A stretch of DNA of 62,837 nucleotides, filler included, from Rhabdomonas costata (Eukaryota), in assembly GCA_019059605.1 (NCBI GenBank). It is 49 parts of 49 records of this genome, joined end to end, with 100 filler letters (N's around TTAATTAATTAA, not from the genome) between each part and the next. Parts side by side here need not be neighbours in the genome. Positions count along the whole stretch, not along the records: positions 61,654 to 62,837 come from JAHMHO010024588.1; 48 more parts are not named here. One strand, given 5' to 3'. A model generated the notes under the pieces. The model did no database searches and was not told the DNA's origin. It worked only from the letters and a program-made list of their open reading frames with translations. Position numbers and translations under genes: made by a program. Positions within the stretch are counted from its first letter, which is position 1. Each line of letters begins with the position of its first letter. Positions 62,546-62,837 of the stretch are shown one piece after another.

Positions 62546-62837
62546 GTACCCTGAGGCCCCCTGTGTGCTGGACGTCCTGGCGAGATACACTTGCAAATGT
62601 CATCTGGAGGAGCAGCTTCGGGTACCTCTATGGGCCCGCACCCCCTCCCTATGCACAACGTTCACACAGCCCCACATAAGGCCGGCCATGGGCGAAATGC
62701 GAACTGACAGGGAAAGAAGCATGTTGAGGCTGGGATTCTGGCGCGCAAGCAAGCAGAAGCAAACCAATGCAATGCAAAACCGAACACGAAATTTCATCCA
62801 GAAATCGGCACGGGAAGAATTGCACCCCACCCCACCC

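Overview
This window is not one locus. It is 49 unlinked contigs of about 1184-1185 nt, joined by artificial 100-nt spacers (N44-TTAATTAATTAA-N44). Contigs mostly start with G/T-only runs and end with A/C-only runs. Three retain remnants of the TGTGTTGGGTGTGTTTGG whole-genome-amplification adaptor, and about eight have terminal fold-back inverted repeats, so this looks like an amplified single-cell assembly prone to chimeras. The DNA is from an intron-rich eukaryote using the standard code. It is probably a euglenozoan-like protist; this is an inference from a calflagin-like gene, polypyrimidine-AG acceptors before start codons, degenerate splice donors and a CRE-clade retroelement. Recognisable exon fragments: SelO, mL46, P2C-like ATPase, calflagin, D-2-hydroxyacid dehydrogenase, two clan GH-A glycosidases, GPx, pre-SET protein, SGNH hydrolase, GFAT, S1P lyase, insulysin, WD40s, CNNM, VPS13, ACSBG, GST, NPRL2 and a TRPV-like channel. 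Most interesting: (1) two separate non-coding contigs share conserved blocks and are packed with strand-specific hairpins built from tandem G.A pairs and GNA loops with compensatory changes, a candidate origin/constant region of organellar minichromosomes or an ssDNA-phase element; (2) two consecutive GFAT exons lie on opposite strands; (3) GC-AG introns are frequent and lack the usual compensating consensus. All protein calls come from recalled motifs, not database searches.
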